Source: a virus
Taxonomy: Duplodnaviria > Caudoviricetes
Length of the DNA: 43,867 bases
Strand: one strand, 5' to 3'
IMG/VR virus record: IMGVR_UViG_3300011439_000029
Span: 1-43,867 of that record
The notes beneath the pieces were generated by a model, which worked only from the letters and a program-made list of their open reading frames with translations, ran no database searches and was not told the origin of the DNA. Shown piece after piece: positions 1 to 9,613 of the stretch; positions within the stretch are counted from its first letter, which is position 1, and each line of letters opens with the position of its first letter. A program made the position numbers and the translations under genes.

Positions 1-141
1 GGCGTACTCCTCGCCGTCGGGATCCTCAAGAAGCGTCGTAAAGTTGGTACGACGCAGGTAGGTGGGATCATCAAGATCACCGTACTGGAACGTTACCAGC
101 AGCGCGGACTGCTTCCACGGGAAGCTCAGTTGGGCGCTCAT
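1..141 (-). CDS. 5' part of a tail tip/baseplate-hub protein (runs off window)
   Basis: ATG at 139-141 overlaps the TGA of the upstream tail gene (ATGA coupling); open frame MSAQLSFPWKQSALLVTFQYGD... to the window edge; position after distal tail genes. Confidence 0.6.
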   Translation of the reverse strand, partial: MSAQLSFPWKQSALLVTFQYGDLDDPTYLRRTNFTTLLEDPDGEEYA

Positions 142-2426
142 ACGATGGTAGTCCAGCTGGAGCCGTATTTCTGAGACAAGTACTCGCCTACCGTGTTCAT
201 CTCGGCGGGCGCGAGTGCGCGACTGAACAGCAGCAGCTCATTGTTGTACCAGCTGACCCCGTACTTGTCGTCAACTCCTGCTGCGACTGAGTGAATGCCC
301 AGTACGAGGTTCGCCTGCGAGAACGACACCGGCTCAGCAGGAATGGGGAACGGATCCAGCGGCAGGTCCGTGACTGGAGTCGCAGCCGACGCATTGAGCT
401 CGCCGTCGATGTATATCACCGACGACACGTTGGGCTCGATGCGCAGGATCATCGTGATAGGTTTGCTGACGAGCAACTTCGATTGGTCTACAGTGACGTG
501 AAGTGCCGTATCGGTGACCCCAGCTGTATCGAAGATCTGCGCTGAGTTCAACCGCCATGACAGCATCACGCCGCCACCAGCGCTCGAGCGCACCTCCAGG
601 ATGTTTCCACGAATGGAAGGCGAGATTGTGAGAACCGAGCCAGCGATGATGTGCGCTATGGCCGTGAAACCTAAGTTTTCAAAGCCCCACGGTACTTCGC
701 CTTCGCCAGATTCCAGGCCCTCGATGTTCCTGAAGTAGAACCCTGGGACTAGTGCTGGCGAGTGCAGGAAGCCGAACCCGTTGTTCAACTTCCTATTAGT
801 GAACTGCGTGAAGAAGTTCTGAGTGTTGCTGTAGCGACGCAGTCGCTTTACGCCTGTTCCCAGCGTGTCTCTGACGTCGCGAATCTCTTCCGTCGTGTAC
901 TCAGAGACGTCAGTGGTGATCGGGATGGGAACCACCAACTCGCCACCGGTGCCCTTGGCATTCTTGTGCGCTGCCACCCAGAAGTACAGATCAGCGATGG
1001 CGTCCACCGCCGTAGTCGTGTCTATCTCACCGTCATCAGTATAGAACTCGACGTCTTCCTCGGTGAGCGCGTCTAGCATGCTCACGCTGACGCGCGAAAC
1101 CTCGTCATTGGTCCACGACTCCTTCAGCGCGTCCGAGGCGAAGCGAACATGGTGAGCTGACGAACAGCGCCACGTAGACGCTGGCACCACGATGGGATCT
1201 ACGAAGATGACGCGCCACGTAGTTGTGTTGTCCGTGACCGACGCGATCCGCGCCACCGTCACTGCGCCTGCGCGGTCTTCGAACCCGATCGCTTCGATGA
1301 AGTCCTCGAGGTCCTCTATGTTTCCCACCGCCGTGATGTCAGCGAAGGTAGACGTGAGGCCTACCAGCTCGTACAGGTTGGCCGGGTTGAGGAACCAGAG
1401 GGGCCTGCCTCGCCCGCGTCGCTGATCGACGAACCGCTTGACTTCCCACAGGTCTCCGCGCGTCGGATTGACGACTTGCAGCTCGTGACGCTGCTGCGGC
1501 CTGGGACCCTCTGGCTGAACTACGTGTCCTCGTCCTAGTCCGTACGAGCGTCCTACGCGTACGACGCCGGAGCGAACTCCAGTCTCCCAGTCAGGACGCG
1601 TGACGAAGATCGGATCGCCCTCGAAGTATTGATCGCTGATCGTATCGACGAGCGTCGCGGTAGGCGGCAGCGCCGACTGTCCCGCTACTTCACTAACGTT
1701 GAGCACCAGGTTAGTCTTCTCGCGCGTGACGTGAAGGCCAGAGCTCTCGAGAGATATCTCGACGTCAATGATCGGGACTATACGATCGCCGACGCCGTAC
1801 GAGAAGACGGGCGTAGACGTCAACCGTACGTAGTTAGGCTGAACGTCGAGGATCGTATGATACTCTACGCTCGCCGGGCGGTTCGCGACCCACGTATGAA
1901 TCGCTGCGCGGGCGCCCTTGTAGAACCTGCGGTTCGTAGTATCGCAGAAGATGAACGCGCCGACTGGTGCCGCGTTCACCCGAGCGTGATCGCTGTACAG
2001 GGGCATAGGCCCGCGCGCGTGCGCGAGGCGAGTGATGTTCATCCACAGACGGTGAACTTCGTCGCGGTTCGTCGCCGTTAGCTGCACACTCATCGAGCGG
2101 TACGGCCTGTCTACTAGTGTCAACCGCTCCTCGCCCCCTGAGTCTGCCGCTGAGGTGATGTCTGTTGACCAGGCTTCTTCTACGGAGACCTCGCTCTGCC
2201 AGTTCGCCATGAAGTAGTTTGGCATCACAGCAGGCAGGTCGAGCGGTGTCACCAGCGCAGTGACGTTCTCGTCGGCGAGAACTTCTATTGCCACGCGCGT
2301 CATGCGCGTCTGTCCCGGATACGGGCGATTGCCCAGCACCTCGACAGGCTGTCTCGTGAGTCGAGTCACGAGCGGCAGCGTGCCGAGCACTTCGACTGGC
2401 TGCCTGGTGAGACGAGTGTCGACCAC
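138..2426 (-). CDS. Distal tail/tail tip protein with C-terminal LamG/concanavalin-like domain
   Basis: 762 aa; position downstream of tape measure; N-terminal region with 'EERLTLVDRPYRS' and 'FVDQRRGRGRPLW' resembling distal-tail proteins; C-terminal beta-rich region with 'IYIDGEL' and 'ELLLFSRALAPAEM..V..YLSQKYG' typical of LamG-like domains. Confidence 0.65.
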   Translation of the reverse strand: MVDTRLTRQPVEVLGTLPLVTRLTRQPVEVLGNRPYPGQTRMTRVAIEVLADENVTALVTPLDLPAVMPNYFMANWQSEVSVEEAWSTDITSAADSGGEERLTLVDRPYRSMSVQLTATNRDEVHRLWMNITRLAHARGPMPLYSDHARVNAAPVGAFIFCDTTNRRFYKGARAAIHTWVANRPASVEYHTILDVQPNYVRLTSTPVFSYGVGDRIVPIIDVEISLESSGLHVTREKTNLVLNVSEVAGQSALPPTATLVDTISDQYFEGDPIFVTRPDWETGVRSGVVRVGRSYGLGRGHVVQPEGPRPQQRHELQVVNPTRGDLWEVKRFVDQRRGRGRPLWFLNPANLYELVGLTSTFADITAVGNIEDLEDFIEAIGFEDRAGAVTVARIASVTDNTTTWRVIFVDPIVVPASTWRCSSAHHVRFASDALKESWTNDEVSRVSVSMLDALTEEDVEFYTDDGEIDTTTAVDAIADLYFWVAAHKNAKGTGGELVVPIPITTDVSEYTTEEIRDVRDTLGTGVKRLRRYSNTQNFFTQFTNRKLNNGFGFLHSPALVPGFYFRNIEGLESGEGEVPWGFENLGFTAIAHIIAGSVLTISPSIRGNILEVRSSAGGGVMLSWRLNSAQIFDTAGVTDTALHVTVDQSKLLVSKPITMILRIEPNVSSVIYIDGELNASAATPVTDLPLDPFPIPAEPVSFSQANLVLGIHSVAAGVDDKYGVSWYNNELLLFSRALAPAEMNTVGEYLSQKYGSSWTTIV
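2273..2417 (-). repeat. Three imperfect peptide repeats at N-terminus of tail protein (TRLTRQPVEVLG x2, TRMTRVAIEVLA)
   Basis: Seen directly in the translation; DNA copies differ at synonymous positions. Confidence 0.85.
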
Positions 2427-3487
2427 TAGGGAATCAGCTCCATGCCGAACTGAGAGCCATCGATCTCAGCCACTGTCCATGCCACGCTACCATCAGGGTT
2501 CACTTCCCAGATCTGATTGTAAGCCGCGTACGCAGTCGTATTGACCACCTTCGTGGCGCCGTTGCTGACGTTGCCCGCCACAGAGCGATGCAGTGTCTGC
2601 ACGTTACGCGAGCCCGCTGCGTCGTTCTTCAGGCGAGACTTGACCATCACGCCGTTGATGGTGCCTGACAGCTGAGCGAGAGGCGTGAACTCGAACAGCT
2701 CCTCGTCGTTGTCCACTGAGGCGAACACGTAGCTGGTGTCGTCGTCATCGACAGTCAGTTCGTCAACCTCTAGGTAGTGGTCTCCTGCGCCGAGAGCAGT
2801 CCAGTCTGACACGGCTCCGTCGGCGTTTGGGTACACTGCCTCGACGGACTGGTTGCCGAGGAACGTAGCCTTGACGCCTCCAGCCTGGTCGAGGACGTAG
2901 ATGTCGTCGACGATGACCTTGCTTGCCGCGTTGCCGCTGTGACCCAAGTGGAACTGCACCTTGTTGAGGGTCGTCGCTGCGACGTTCGTCGTTTGCACGC
3001 CTGTGATCAGGATGTACGGCGCGCCGTCCACGATGACTTCCACCTGGCCAGTGATGGCGTTAGTCATTCGCACGCGCACCTCGACGTAGCGATGCACGTC
3101 GTTGGCTAGAGCCACCCCTTCCACTACAGCGGCGCCGTTTGCGCGCAGGTACCGCAACCTGACGCCCACGTTGGGGTTCTGAGTACGCCACTGCAGGAAT
3201 CCAAGCAAAGTCGTACCGGTGTAGAACGCGATGAGCGTTTTCGAGGTGTTGATCGCCACCTCGTCTAAGCACACGCGCATGCCGACGATCCAATCGTCGT
3301 CTGCTATTTCGAGATCTGGCGTCCTGAAGATCGTGTCGACGCCGCTGGCGGCCGACTGCAGCGCGGTACCGTGAACGTGACCCGCCACGAAGGACGTACC
3401 CGCAGTCCAAGTGACGTTCTCATAGTAGTCCTCGATTGCCGCCTGAGAACCAGTGGCCTCGAACCCCTCTACCCAGCGAAGCGTCAT
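2426..3487 (-). CDS. Minor tail protein, beta-sandwich/lectin-like
   Basis: Start re-called at ATG 3485-3487 (TAATG overlap with tape measure stop), MTLRWVEGFE...; beta-rich 'YVEVRV..GQVEVIVDG', 'IVDDIYVLD'; immediately after tape measure. Confidence 0.65.
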   Translation of the reverse strand: MTLRWVEGFEATGSQAAIEDYYENVTWTAGTSFVAGHVHGTALQSAASGVDTIFRTPDLEIADDDWIVGMRVCLDEVAINTSKTLIAFYTGTTLLGFLQWRTQNPNVGVRLRYLRANGAAVVEGVALANDVHRYVEVRVRMTNAITGQVEVIVDGAPYILITGVQTTNVAATTLNKVQFHLGHSGNAASKVIVDDIYVLDQAGGVKATFLGNQSVEAVYPNADGAVSDWTALGAGDHYLEVDELTVDDDDTSYVFASVDNDEELFEFTPLAQLSGTINGVMVKSRLKNDAAGSRNVQTLHRSVAGNVSNGATKVVNTTAYAAYNQIWEVNPDGSVAWTVAEIDGSQFGMELIP

Positions 3488-6400
3488 TACGTGGGTCTCC
3501 TCTGCAGCGTCGCGTTGATGCGACCAGTATGTCTGTCCATCATCCTGAAGAACGATTCCTGTCCTGCGTTGAGTTGCCGCTCGAGTGACTGTTCGTCGGA
3601 GAAGACGTACGCGGGCTGCGGCGTTCCGCTGCCTCCGCTGCCGTTGCTTCCTGCGAGTGCTAAGCCGGCTGCCTCTCCGCCCTCTGCGAACATCGATCGA
3701 AGATTCGCGAACGTGTGCCCCTTGCCGGCGTACGGTGCTAGCACCTCGCGCGGTATCAGCATTCTGTTGATCGCGCTCATGATACCTCGACCGTAGTATC
3801 CAGTAGACCTCTTGCGGATGACCCACTCTTTGGGCATCAGCTTAGCATTGATCACGTCGCGATTGACATTCGGTCCGTGTACCTCACCGCCTCCAGCAAG
3901 CTCTTGAATCCCTTCTGAAGTTACCTCGCCGCCCTCACTGCCGCCAAAAGATCCGAAGGCCGCCGAGACTGCCCTCAGAATGGCGATGCGAGCAAGCATC
4001 ACTGCGATGCCCTGAAGGAAGTTGCCTAAGAACTCAGAGAAGGACTGATTGCCCTTGATGAATACGTCTATCAGGCCTTCAGTGAAGCTGGTAACTAGCT
4101 CCTTGCCTACACCGACTCCTGCCGCTCCAAGGTCGTTGAACTGAGCTGCTGCCTCTTTGGCGCCGTCGCTGATGCCTGTGAAAAAATCCCCAGCAGAGGT
4201 GCCCACAGGTCCACCCTCGCCGAGGTTCTCTCCAAGCTCATCAAGCTTCACGTCAAATTCAGCGAACTGGGCCACACTCTCAGGAGCAGTGGCAGCGAGC
4301 TCCAAGAGCTTCAAGCGCGCCAACTCCAGCTGAACAACGAAGTCGGCGACCGCCTGCTTGCTCTGAGACGTTGCCTCAGTAGGGAACAGCTCACCTACGT
4401 TCAAGAGGTCGGCGATCTCCGCCTGCTTGCTGGCCAGCACCTCACGCGCTTCCTGAACTTCAGCGACGATCGCCTCTCCGAGACCGATCTTGACCTCGCC
4501 CTGCGTGCGTTCCGCTGCGATAGTCTGAAGTAGGACCGCCTGTCGCTGCTCTTCTAGAGCAAGAAGAGTTCTAGCCTCCTCGCTGACGCGACCGTTCAGC
4601 TCTACCAGTGCTTGGTTGTTCTGTAGGTTGTCGCCGCCGCTCTCGACGATAGCTACTATCGCGTCACGCTCTGCCTGCAGTTGAGCTACTAGCTCCTTCT
4701 GCGACTCAACGCGCTCCGTGTTCTTCTGCAGCGACTCCTCTAGGAGACCGATCTCAATATCGCGACGCAGCGACAGGAACTCGTTCAGCGACAGCTGCTC
4801 GCGCGCCAGCTGGTCTTGAATCTCGTCCAGCAGCAGCTGGCGCACCGGTTCCTGCGCATCAGCGCTGAGACCGTCTAGCAGCTCCTTTACCTGCGACGGA
4901 CTGATGTCGATGAGGTCGTCAGCAGTGATGAGAGCGCGATCAAGCGCACGAAGCTGGTCTAGCTGATCGAACGTAGCCTGCGCATCCGCGACTATCTTCT
5001 CGTTCTTGGCCTTCTCATTCAGGACGGCGGCGTCCGCGGCACGCTTCTCGTCCTGCGCCACCTCGAACAGGCGGTCTTGAAGGGCCTGTGATCCCTCCTT
5101 GTTGATGGCGATGACAGCCTCGTCGGCCTCAATGATGCCCGCCTTGATGTCGGCCAGCGCGCTCGTGAAGGCGTTCTGTATGCCTTCCAGTGCCGCCACC
5201 GAGTCGGCCTTCGCCTTATCGACATCGTCGCCAATGTCGATGAAGCTCTCTGGGATCGCTCCAGCCAAGTTAGTGCGAATGGAGTTCGCTACGTCGGCGC
5301 CGATGCCGGGAATCTTCTCGAAGGCCGACGCGACGCTGTCTAGCAGTCCATCTATCAGACCCGCGATCAGACGAACCACCCCCAGGAAGCTAGTCTGAGT
5401 CAGGTCGACGAGCCCTAGGATCGCGAAACTGACACCGCTGGTAAGCAGGTCAATGATGCCATTGATCCCGTCGATGACGAGGAAGAACACCGTGCGAATT
5501 GGGTTCAGTACGAACCCCTCAATCTGAGTAGCGATCTTCGCGAACAATCGCTGGACGGCGTTCCCTAGGTCCTCGACCGTCAGCTTGCCCTGCAGTACTA
5601 GCCCAATGACCTTCCTCAGGTTCTCCGTGCCAGCCGCCACGGACTCCACGATGCCATCGATGAACAGAAGCGTGTCGTCGAGGAGACCGTGGATATCGAG
5701 AACTATAGCCACGATGGCGGCGACAGCTGCCCCTACGAACACTACTTGACCGGCTACTAGGGCAGCGGTACTGAGGATGCTCCCTAAGATTATCGCGGCG
5801 CCCTTCAGCGCCAACCCAATCTTGATCGCAGTGAGTGCCGCTCCCACAGCGGTGAATGCTGAGGCGACGGCGATCAGCACTGGCAAGAAGGAAGCCAGCA
5901 CCTTGAGGCCGTTACGCACCTCCGAACTCTCAAGGAACGCCGCAAATCGTTCAGCGGCGGGTAGAGCCGCGTCAAGGAAACCAGATTTCAGCTCGACGAG
6001 GACCTTTCCAATCCTCTCACTAGTGTCCTCGATCTGATTCAACCGCTGGTTGACACGACCGAATGAGGTCTCTGCCTCCGATAGTGCCGCCCCGCCAAAC
6101 GCGTCCAGCAGCGCTTGGACCCCCTGCTCTGCCAGTTTACCGTCCTCTTGCAGCTTCTTGAGGAACGGAACCTGCTGACCGAGTCGACCAGCACCCTCAG
6201 TACTGAACTGCGCTATCGCTCGACCTACTTGCTCAACCTCGATATTCAGCGCAGCGGCAGTATCTACGGTCGCTTGCAAGTTGCGCGGAAGGTCCGCACT
6301 CGACACGCCGGCAGCCAGTAGCCTACTGGCGAGCAAATTCAAGTCATCGGAATCGACGACCGACGCGTCCTGGATGTCCTCAGTTACCTTGAGAATCCTC

Positions 6401-6669
6401 TGCAAGGACTCTTCACGGCCGCGGAGAGCGAAGGACAGCGCCTTTTCTGCCTGTACTTGCTGCTCCGCGGCCTCTAGAGCTGCCTGAAAGCCGCGAACAG
6501 ACGCGAACCCCGCCACGGCGAGCGACAGCTGGTTGAAGATCGGACTTACCTGCTGCCCTAGCCGCTGAAAGTCAGTACGTAGCTTACCGAGGTTGCTTCG
6601 GATCGACCCCAGTCGACCTGTCAGCTGGTCCTTCAGTGTCGCTACTATGGTGACTGTCTGCTCTGCCAT
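3487..6669 (-). CDS. Tail tape measure protein
   Basis: 1060 aa, Ala/Leu-rich helical, hydrophobic central segment, coiled-coil region, C-terminal 'LAGGGEVHGP..DVINAKLMPKEWVIR'; follows tail assembly chaperone. Confidence 0.92.
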   Translation of the reverse strand: MAEQTVTIVATLKDQLTGRLGSIRSNLGKLRTDFQRLGQQVSPIFNQLSLAVAGFASVRGFQAALEAAEQQVQAEKALSFALRGREESLQRILKVTEDIQDASVVDSDDLNLLASRLLAAGVSSADLPRNLQATVDTAAALNIEVEQVGRAIAQFSTEGAGRLGQQVPFLKKLQEDGKLAEQGVQALLDAFGGAALSEAETSFGRVNQRLNQIEDTSERIGKVLVELKSGFLDAALPAAERFAAFLESSEVRNGLKVLASFLPVLIAVASAFTAVGAALTAIKIGLALKGAAIILGSILSTAALVAGQVVFVGAAVAAIVAIVLDIHGLLDDTLLFIDGIVESVAAGTENLRKVIGLVLQGKLTVEDLGNAVQRLFAKIATQIEGFVLNPIRTVFFLVIDGINGIIDLLTSGVSFAILGLVDLTQTSFLGVVRLIAGLIDGLLDSVASAFEKIPGIGADVANSIRTNLAGAIPESFIDIGDDVDKAKADSVAALEGIQNAFTSALADIKAGIIEADEAVIAINKEGSQALQDRLFEVAQDEKRAADAAVLNEKAKNEKIVADAQATFDQLDQLRALDRALITADDLIDISPSQVKELLDGLSADAQEPVRQLLLDEIQDQLAREQLSLNEFLSLRRDIEIGLLEESLQKNTERVESQKELVAQLQAERDAIVAIVESGGDNLQNNQALVELNGRVSEEARTLLALEEQRQAVLLQTIAAERTQGEVKIGLGEAIVAEVQEAREVLASKQAEIADLLNVGELFPTEATSQSKQAVADFVVQLELARLKLLELAATAPESVAQFAEFDVKLDELGENLGEGGPVGTSAGDFFTGISDGAKEAAAQFNDLGAAGVGVGKELVTSFTEGLIDVFIKGNQSFSEFLGNFLQGIAVMLARIAILRAVSAAFGSFGGSEGGEVTSEGIQELAGGGEVHGPNVNRDVINAKLMPKEWVIRKRSTGYYGRGIMSAINRMLIPREVLAPYAGKGHTFANLRSMFAEGGEAAGLALAGSNGSGGSGTPQPAYVFSDEQSLERQLNAGQESFFRMMDRHTGRINATLQRRPT

Positions 6670-6988
6670 GACTTAGCGATCTTACGATGCGCTTGAGGTC
6701 TCTGTGGGCCTTCTTGTCTAAAGACCCCGCTATAGAGATGCTGAGGGCGTCTATCGTCTCCGCCTTAGTTCGACGCTGAGTGCGAAGAGTTCTCTCTGAC
6801 CACAGCCTGAGCTGCGGCGCGGACCACCCGCGGTACGGCAGCTCAGGCTGTTGAAGATCTAGGATGTCTGCTCTTGTGTGGCCTGCTGCGATGAGGGCTT
6901 GGAGAGCATCTCCAAGGTCGAAAACTTGGTCCCCGTCACCTTGGTCATCGCGACGTCGATCGCTGTCACCCAAGGCCTCCACTTTTTT
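6584..6988 (-). CDS. -1 frameshift extension of tail assembly chaperone (gpGT-like)
   Basis: The -1 frame after GAA AAA AAG (6990-6982) reads KKVEALGDSD...DLGDALQALIAAGHTRADILDL...WSAPQLRLW and runs into the tape measure start. Confidence 0.75.
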   Translation of the reverse strand, partial: KKVEALGDSDRRRDDQGDGDQVFDLGDALQALIAAGHTRADILDLQQPELPYRGWSAPQLRLWSERTLRTQRRTKAETIDALSISIAGSLDKKAHRDLKRIVRSLSHGRADSHHSSDTEGPADRSTGVDPKQPR

Positions 6989-7335
6989 TCGTCGCCAAAC
7001 GACGCCTCTAGCCACATTTGGACGACGACAGGAACGTCCCAGTGCGGAAGCTCCTGGAACTTCACCTCTGAAGGGTCGATCTTGACGCACGCCTCGAGCA
7101 GATCCATGGCCTCCGAGATCAAAAACGGCGCGATAGCAGCTGCTATCTGTGCTCCGATCTCCTTCTGACTTGCACCCTTTCGGTACTGCGTCTTGCCGAT
7201 GATGGACAGCGCGGTAGCTATTTGTCCTGCGAACCTCTTGAGGTGCACCACGCCCATCGGATAGACGGTGACCGTCGCTCCGACGTCGCTCTTGAATGAC
7301 TCTCCTGGCAGCAGGATGTTGAGGGCCTCTGACAC
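6859..7335 (-). CDS. Tail assembly chaperone (lambda gpG-like)
   Basis: 158 aa between major tail protein and tape measure; GGAGG RBS upstream of GTG; contains in-frame slippery heptamer. Confidence 0.8.
   Translation of the reverse strand: MSEALNILLPGESFKSDVGATVTVYPMGVVHLKRFAGQIATALSIIGKTQYRKGASQKEIGAQIAAAIAPFLISEAMDLLEACVKIDPSEVKFQELPHWDVPVVVQMWLEASFGDEKKWRPWVTAIDVAMTKVTGTKFSTLEMLSKPSSQQATQEQTS
6982..6988 (-). promoter_or_regulatory. Programmed -1 ribosomal frameshift heptamer A_AAA_AAG
   Basis: Canonical X_XXY_YYZ heptamer in the correct phase; long A-runs are otherwise rare in this GC-rich sequence. Confidence 0.85.
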
Positions 7336-7455
7336 GTGTTTCCTCCGGAACTAGGAAAGGTGATACCAGCTGGCGGAACCGTGTACCAGCTGGCTGTTCC
7401 TGGAAACGCGGCTCCGGGTCGCGTTACGGTTCCCAGGTCTCCTCGAACGAGGGGA

Positions 7456-8517
7456 TCAGGACTTCGCGGGCACCGCGCCCTTGAAGTGAAGCATGCGACC
7501 AGCCGGCACATCGGAGGTCAGGACGCTGATGACTCGGAACGTGAGCGTCACCGAGCTGAAGTCGTCGATCTGGATGTTGCCGGCACTGGGCGTCACGGAC
7601 ACGCGAGCCTCGCGGACAGTCTGCTCCGCGTTGTTGCTGCGACCCCAGACCAGGAGCATCGTTCCCTGCACCTCGCCGCCGTCCTGCGGGTTGAAGATGC
7701 GGGTGCCGGTGAGAGCAGCAGTGGAAAACGCCACCACGGCGCTGGCAGCGACGATCGCTCCGCCGTCGATGATGCGCAGCAGGCCGCGATCGGTAGACAC
7801 GACTTCCCAGTCCACATCCTGCTCGAACACGGTGCCTGTGTCGGCAGCCGCCTTGTAGATCAGCGTGCCGGTGATGGCCACCTCGTCCGTGAGGATGTCC
7901 TCGTTGACGGTGATCACGGTCGCGACCACGCTTGCCACCGTGTAGGTGCGAGCGTTGAGAATGTTGGCCAGTCCGTCGCCTGTCACGACGATGGGCTCGC
8001 CGGGAGTCAAACCCGCGCTGATGTCCACGCTCGTAGTGATGGTCTTCGAGCTGGCGTCCATCGCGGTGATCACGGCCGTGCTGAGAACGCCTGCCGATAC
8101 CGGCGCGCTGAGGACGCCAGAGATGGCGCTCAGTGCGAAGAGGTTCGTCTCGTCCGCGTCGTCGTCGTGCACCTTGACGAGGTGACCCTCGAAGGTCTCG
8201 TGCAGAACCGCCTTGTGCTCGACGGTCTGAGTGAACTCCACGGGTGCTTTGCCCTTGAAGAACAGCGCGAGGTTCGACAGGCTGAGGTTGCGCACCTCCA
8301 CGTCGTACGACTCGTTGATCTCCGTCACTCGCTCGTCGACGAGGACCTTCACTCCGCCGTCGCCGTCGAACAGCTCGATCTTGGTCGTCTCCTGTGTGGG
8401 GTTGGCCGTCTCGATGACGCCGATGTCGGTCCACGGCTGTGAGACTGTCTCGATCGCGTCTCGCTTGAGGTAGATCCGGGAGCCGGCTACCCAGAAGTCT
8501 TGGAAACCCTGTACCAT
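7456..8517 (-). CDS. Major tail tube protein
   Basis: 353 aa; strongly GC3-biased codon usage like the capsid gene; 'GSRIYLKR..WTDIG', 'IQIDDFSSVTLTFRV'; position before chaperone/tape measure. Confidence 0.8.
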   Translation of the reverse strand: MVQGFQDFWVAGSRIYLKRDAIETVSQPWTDIGVIETANPTQETTKIELFDGDGGVKVLVDERVTEINESYDVEVRNLSLSNLALFFKGKAPVEFTQTVEHKAVLHETFEGHLVKVHDDDADETNLFALSAISGVLSAPVSAGVLSTAVITAMDASSKTITTSVDISAGLTPGEPIVVTGDGLANILNARTYTVASVVATVITVNEDILTDEVAITGTLIYKAAADTGTVFEQDVDWEVVSTDRGLLRIIDGGAIVAASAVVAFSTAALTGTRIFNPQDGGEVQGTMLLVWGRSNNAEQTVREARVSVTPSAGNIQIDDFSSVTLTFRVISVLTSDVPAGRMLHFKGAVPAKS

Positions 8518-8532
8518 GCCTTTCTACTCCGT

Positions 8533-8967
8533 CTAGTAGGTGACTCTGATGATAGCCACGATCCCTTGTACCCCCAACGTGGCGTCATGTGACTCCACGA
8601 GGTTGGAGGCGTGCTTGTCGATCTTGAGGGCGACGTTCTCACCCTGCTTGTTCTTCGCCTGCTCGAGCTGGTTGACGATCCAGCGCGCGTCCTCGATCAG
8701 CTCGTCCATGACACCGTCGTCAATCATGACGGGCTCAGTGGACTTCGAGATGCTCGTGAAGATCTCCATCGAGATCCTCGCGTTCTCCATCCCTCGCTTG
8801 TCAGGAAACAGTCCTTCCTCGTCGACCAGGATCGATATTGCTCTCTTGTTGGTCTCGAAGTCGAACTCTGCCCAGTTGATAAAGCCGCGCTTCACGAAGT
8901 AGGCGCCGTTACGAGCCTGCTTCGCGAACTGCTTCATCTTATCTGTGACGTCTCGCCTGGAGCTCAT
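8533..8967 (-). CDS. Tail completion/terminator protein
   Basis: 144 aa directly before the major tail gene; C-terminal 'IIRVTY' strand typical of such proteins; synteny. Confidence 0.6.
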   Translation of the reverse strand: MSSRRDVTDKMKQFAKQARNGAYFVKRGFINWAEFDFETNKRAISILVDEEGLFPDKRGMENARISMEIFTSISKSTEPVMIDDGVMDELIEDARWIVNQLEQAKNKQGENVALKIDKHASNLVESHDATLGVQGIVAIIRVTY

Positions 8968-8968
8968 G

Positions 8969-9613
8969 CTAGTTCCCTGACAGGTACTTCGCTAGGAAGT
9001 CAGCCATCTTGGTGGTCAGCTCAGGTAGGCTCTCGAGGAAGCCGTCCCTGAGGTAGAATCGAGGTGCGATGTCCACTGACCGCAGCAGCAAGTACGCTGT
9101 CTCATCGTCGTCGGTCTGCAGTAGCCCTATGACTCGTCCCCTTAGAACAGGAACAAAGTGCAGCTCGCCTGGGAAACTTCGCGGACCGTCATACCTGTGC
9201 ACTCCTGCAGCAGTCACGGCCGGACCGTCCTCGGCAGGAATAGCGAGAGCCTTTGCCTTCTTCGGTACGATGGTAGGGTACGGTGATTGTGGGTTCTTTC
9301 CCCTGGTGCCGTATTCGACTACCCCCGCGTACCTAAGCGCAGGCCCGCGGAAGACGCCTACTCGCAGTGCTGGCAGACCGCCTACTAGTTCACCTCGTCC
9401 GATGATGCTGCGAGCGAGGTTACCTGTGCGCCTGCGAACTGGGTCTCCGCTGAGGAAGCTCTTCGAGATGCGACCAGCGATGATAGACGATTGACGGTCG
9501 AAGAACCCTACGATTCGCTCGTAGACAGCGTCTTGTCCCCAGCGAAACGTCAAATCTCTGAGCAGCTTCTCACTCTGAGGCGTTAGCTCGAAAAGTACAG
9601 GCTGTTCTGCCAT
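8969..9613 (-). CDS. HK97 gp10-like neck/tail-completion protein
   Basis: Start re-called at ATG 9611-9613 (TGATG overlap); motifs 'PVRRRTGNLARSI', 'YAGVVEYGT', 'IVPKKAKALAIP', 'PRFYL'. Confidence 0.8.
   Translation of the reverse strand: MAEQPVLFELTPQSEKLLRDLTFRWGQDAVYERIVGFFDRQSSIIAGRISKSFLSGDPVRRRTGNLARSIIGRGELVGGLPALRVGVFRGPALRYAGVVEYGTRGKNPQSPYPTIVPKKAKALAIPAEDGPAVTAAGVHRYDGPRSFPGELHFVPVLRGRVIGLLQTDDDETAYLLLRSVDIAPRFYLRDGFLESLPELTTKMADFLAKYLSGN

Noticed and set aside
7336-8442. 368-aa plus-strand and 336-aa alternative-frame ORFs over the major tail gene
   Set aside because: Same shadow effect; Arg/Gly/His-rich composition typical of off-frame translation
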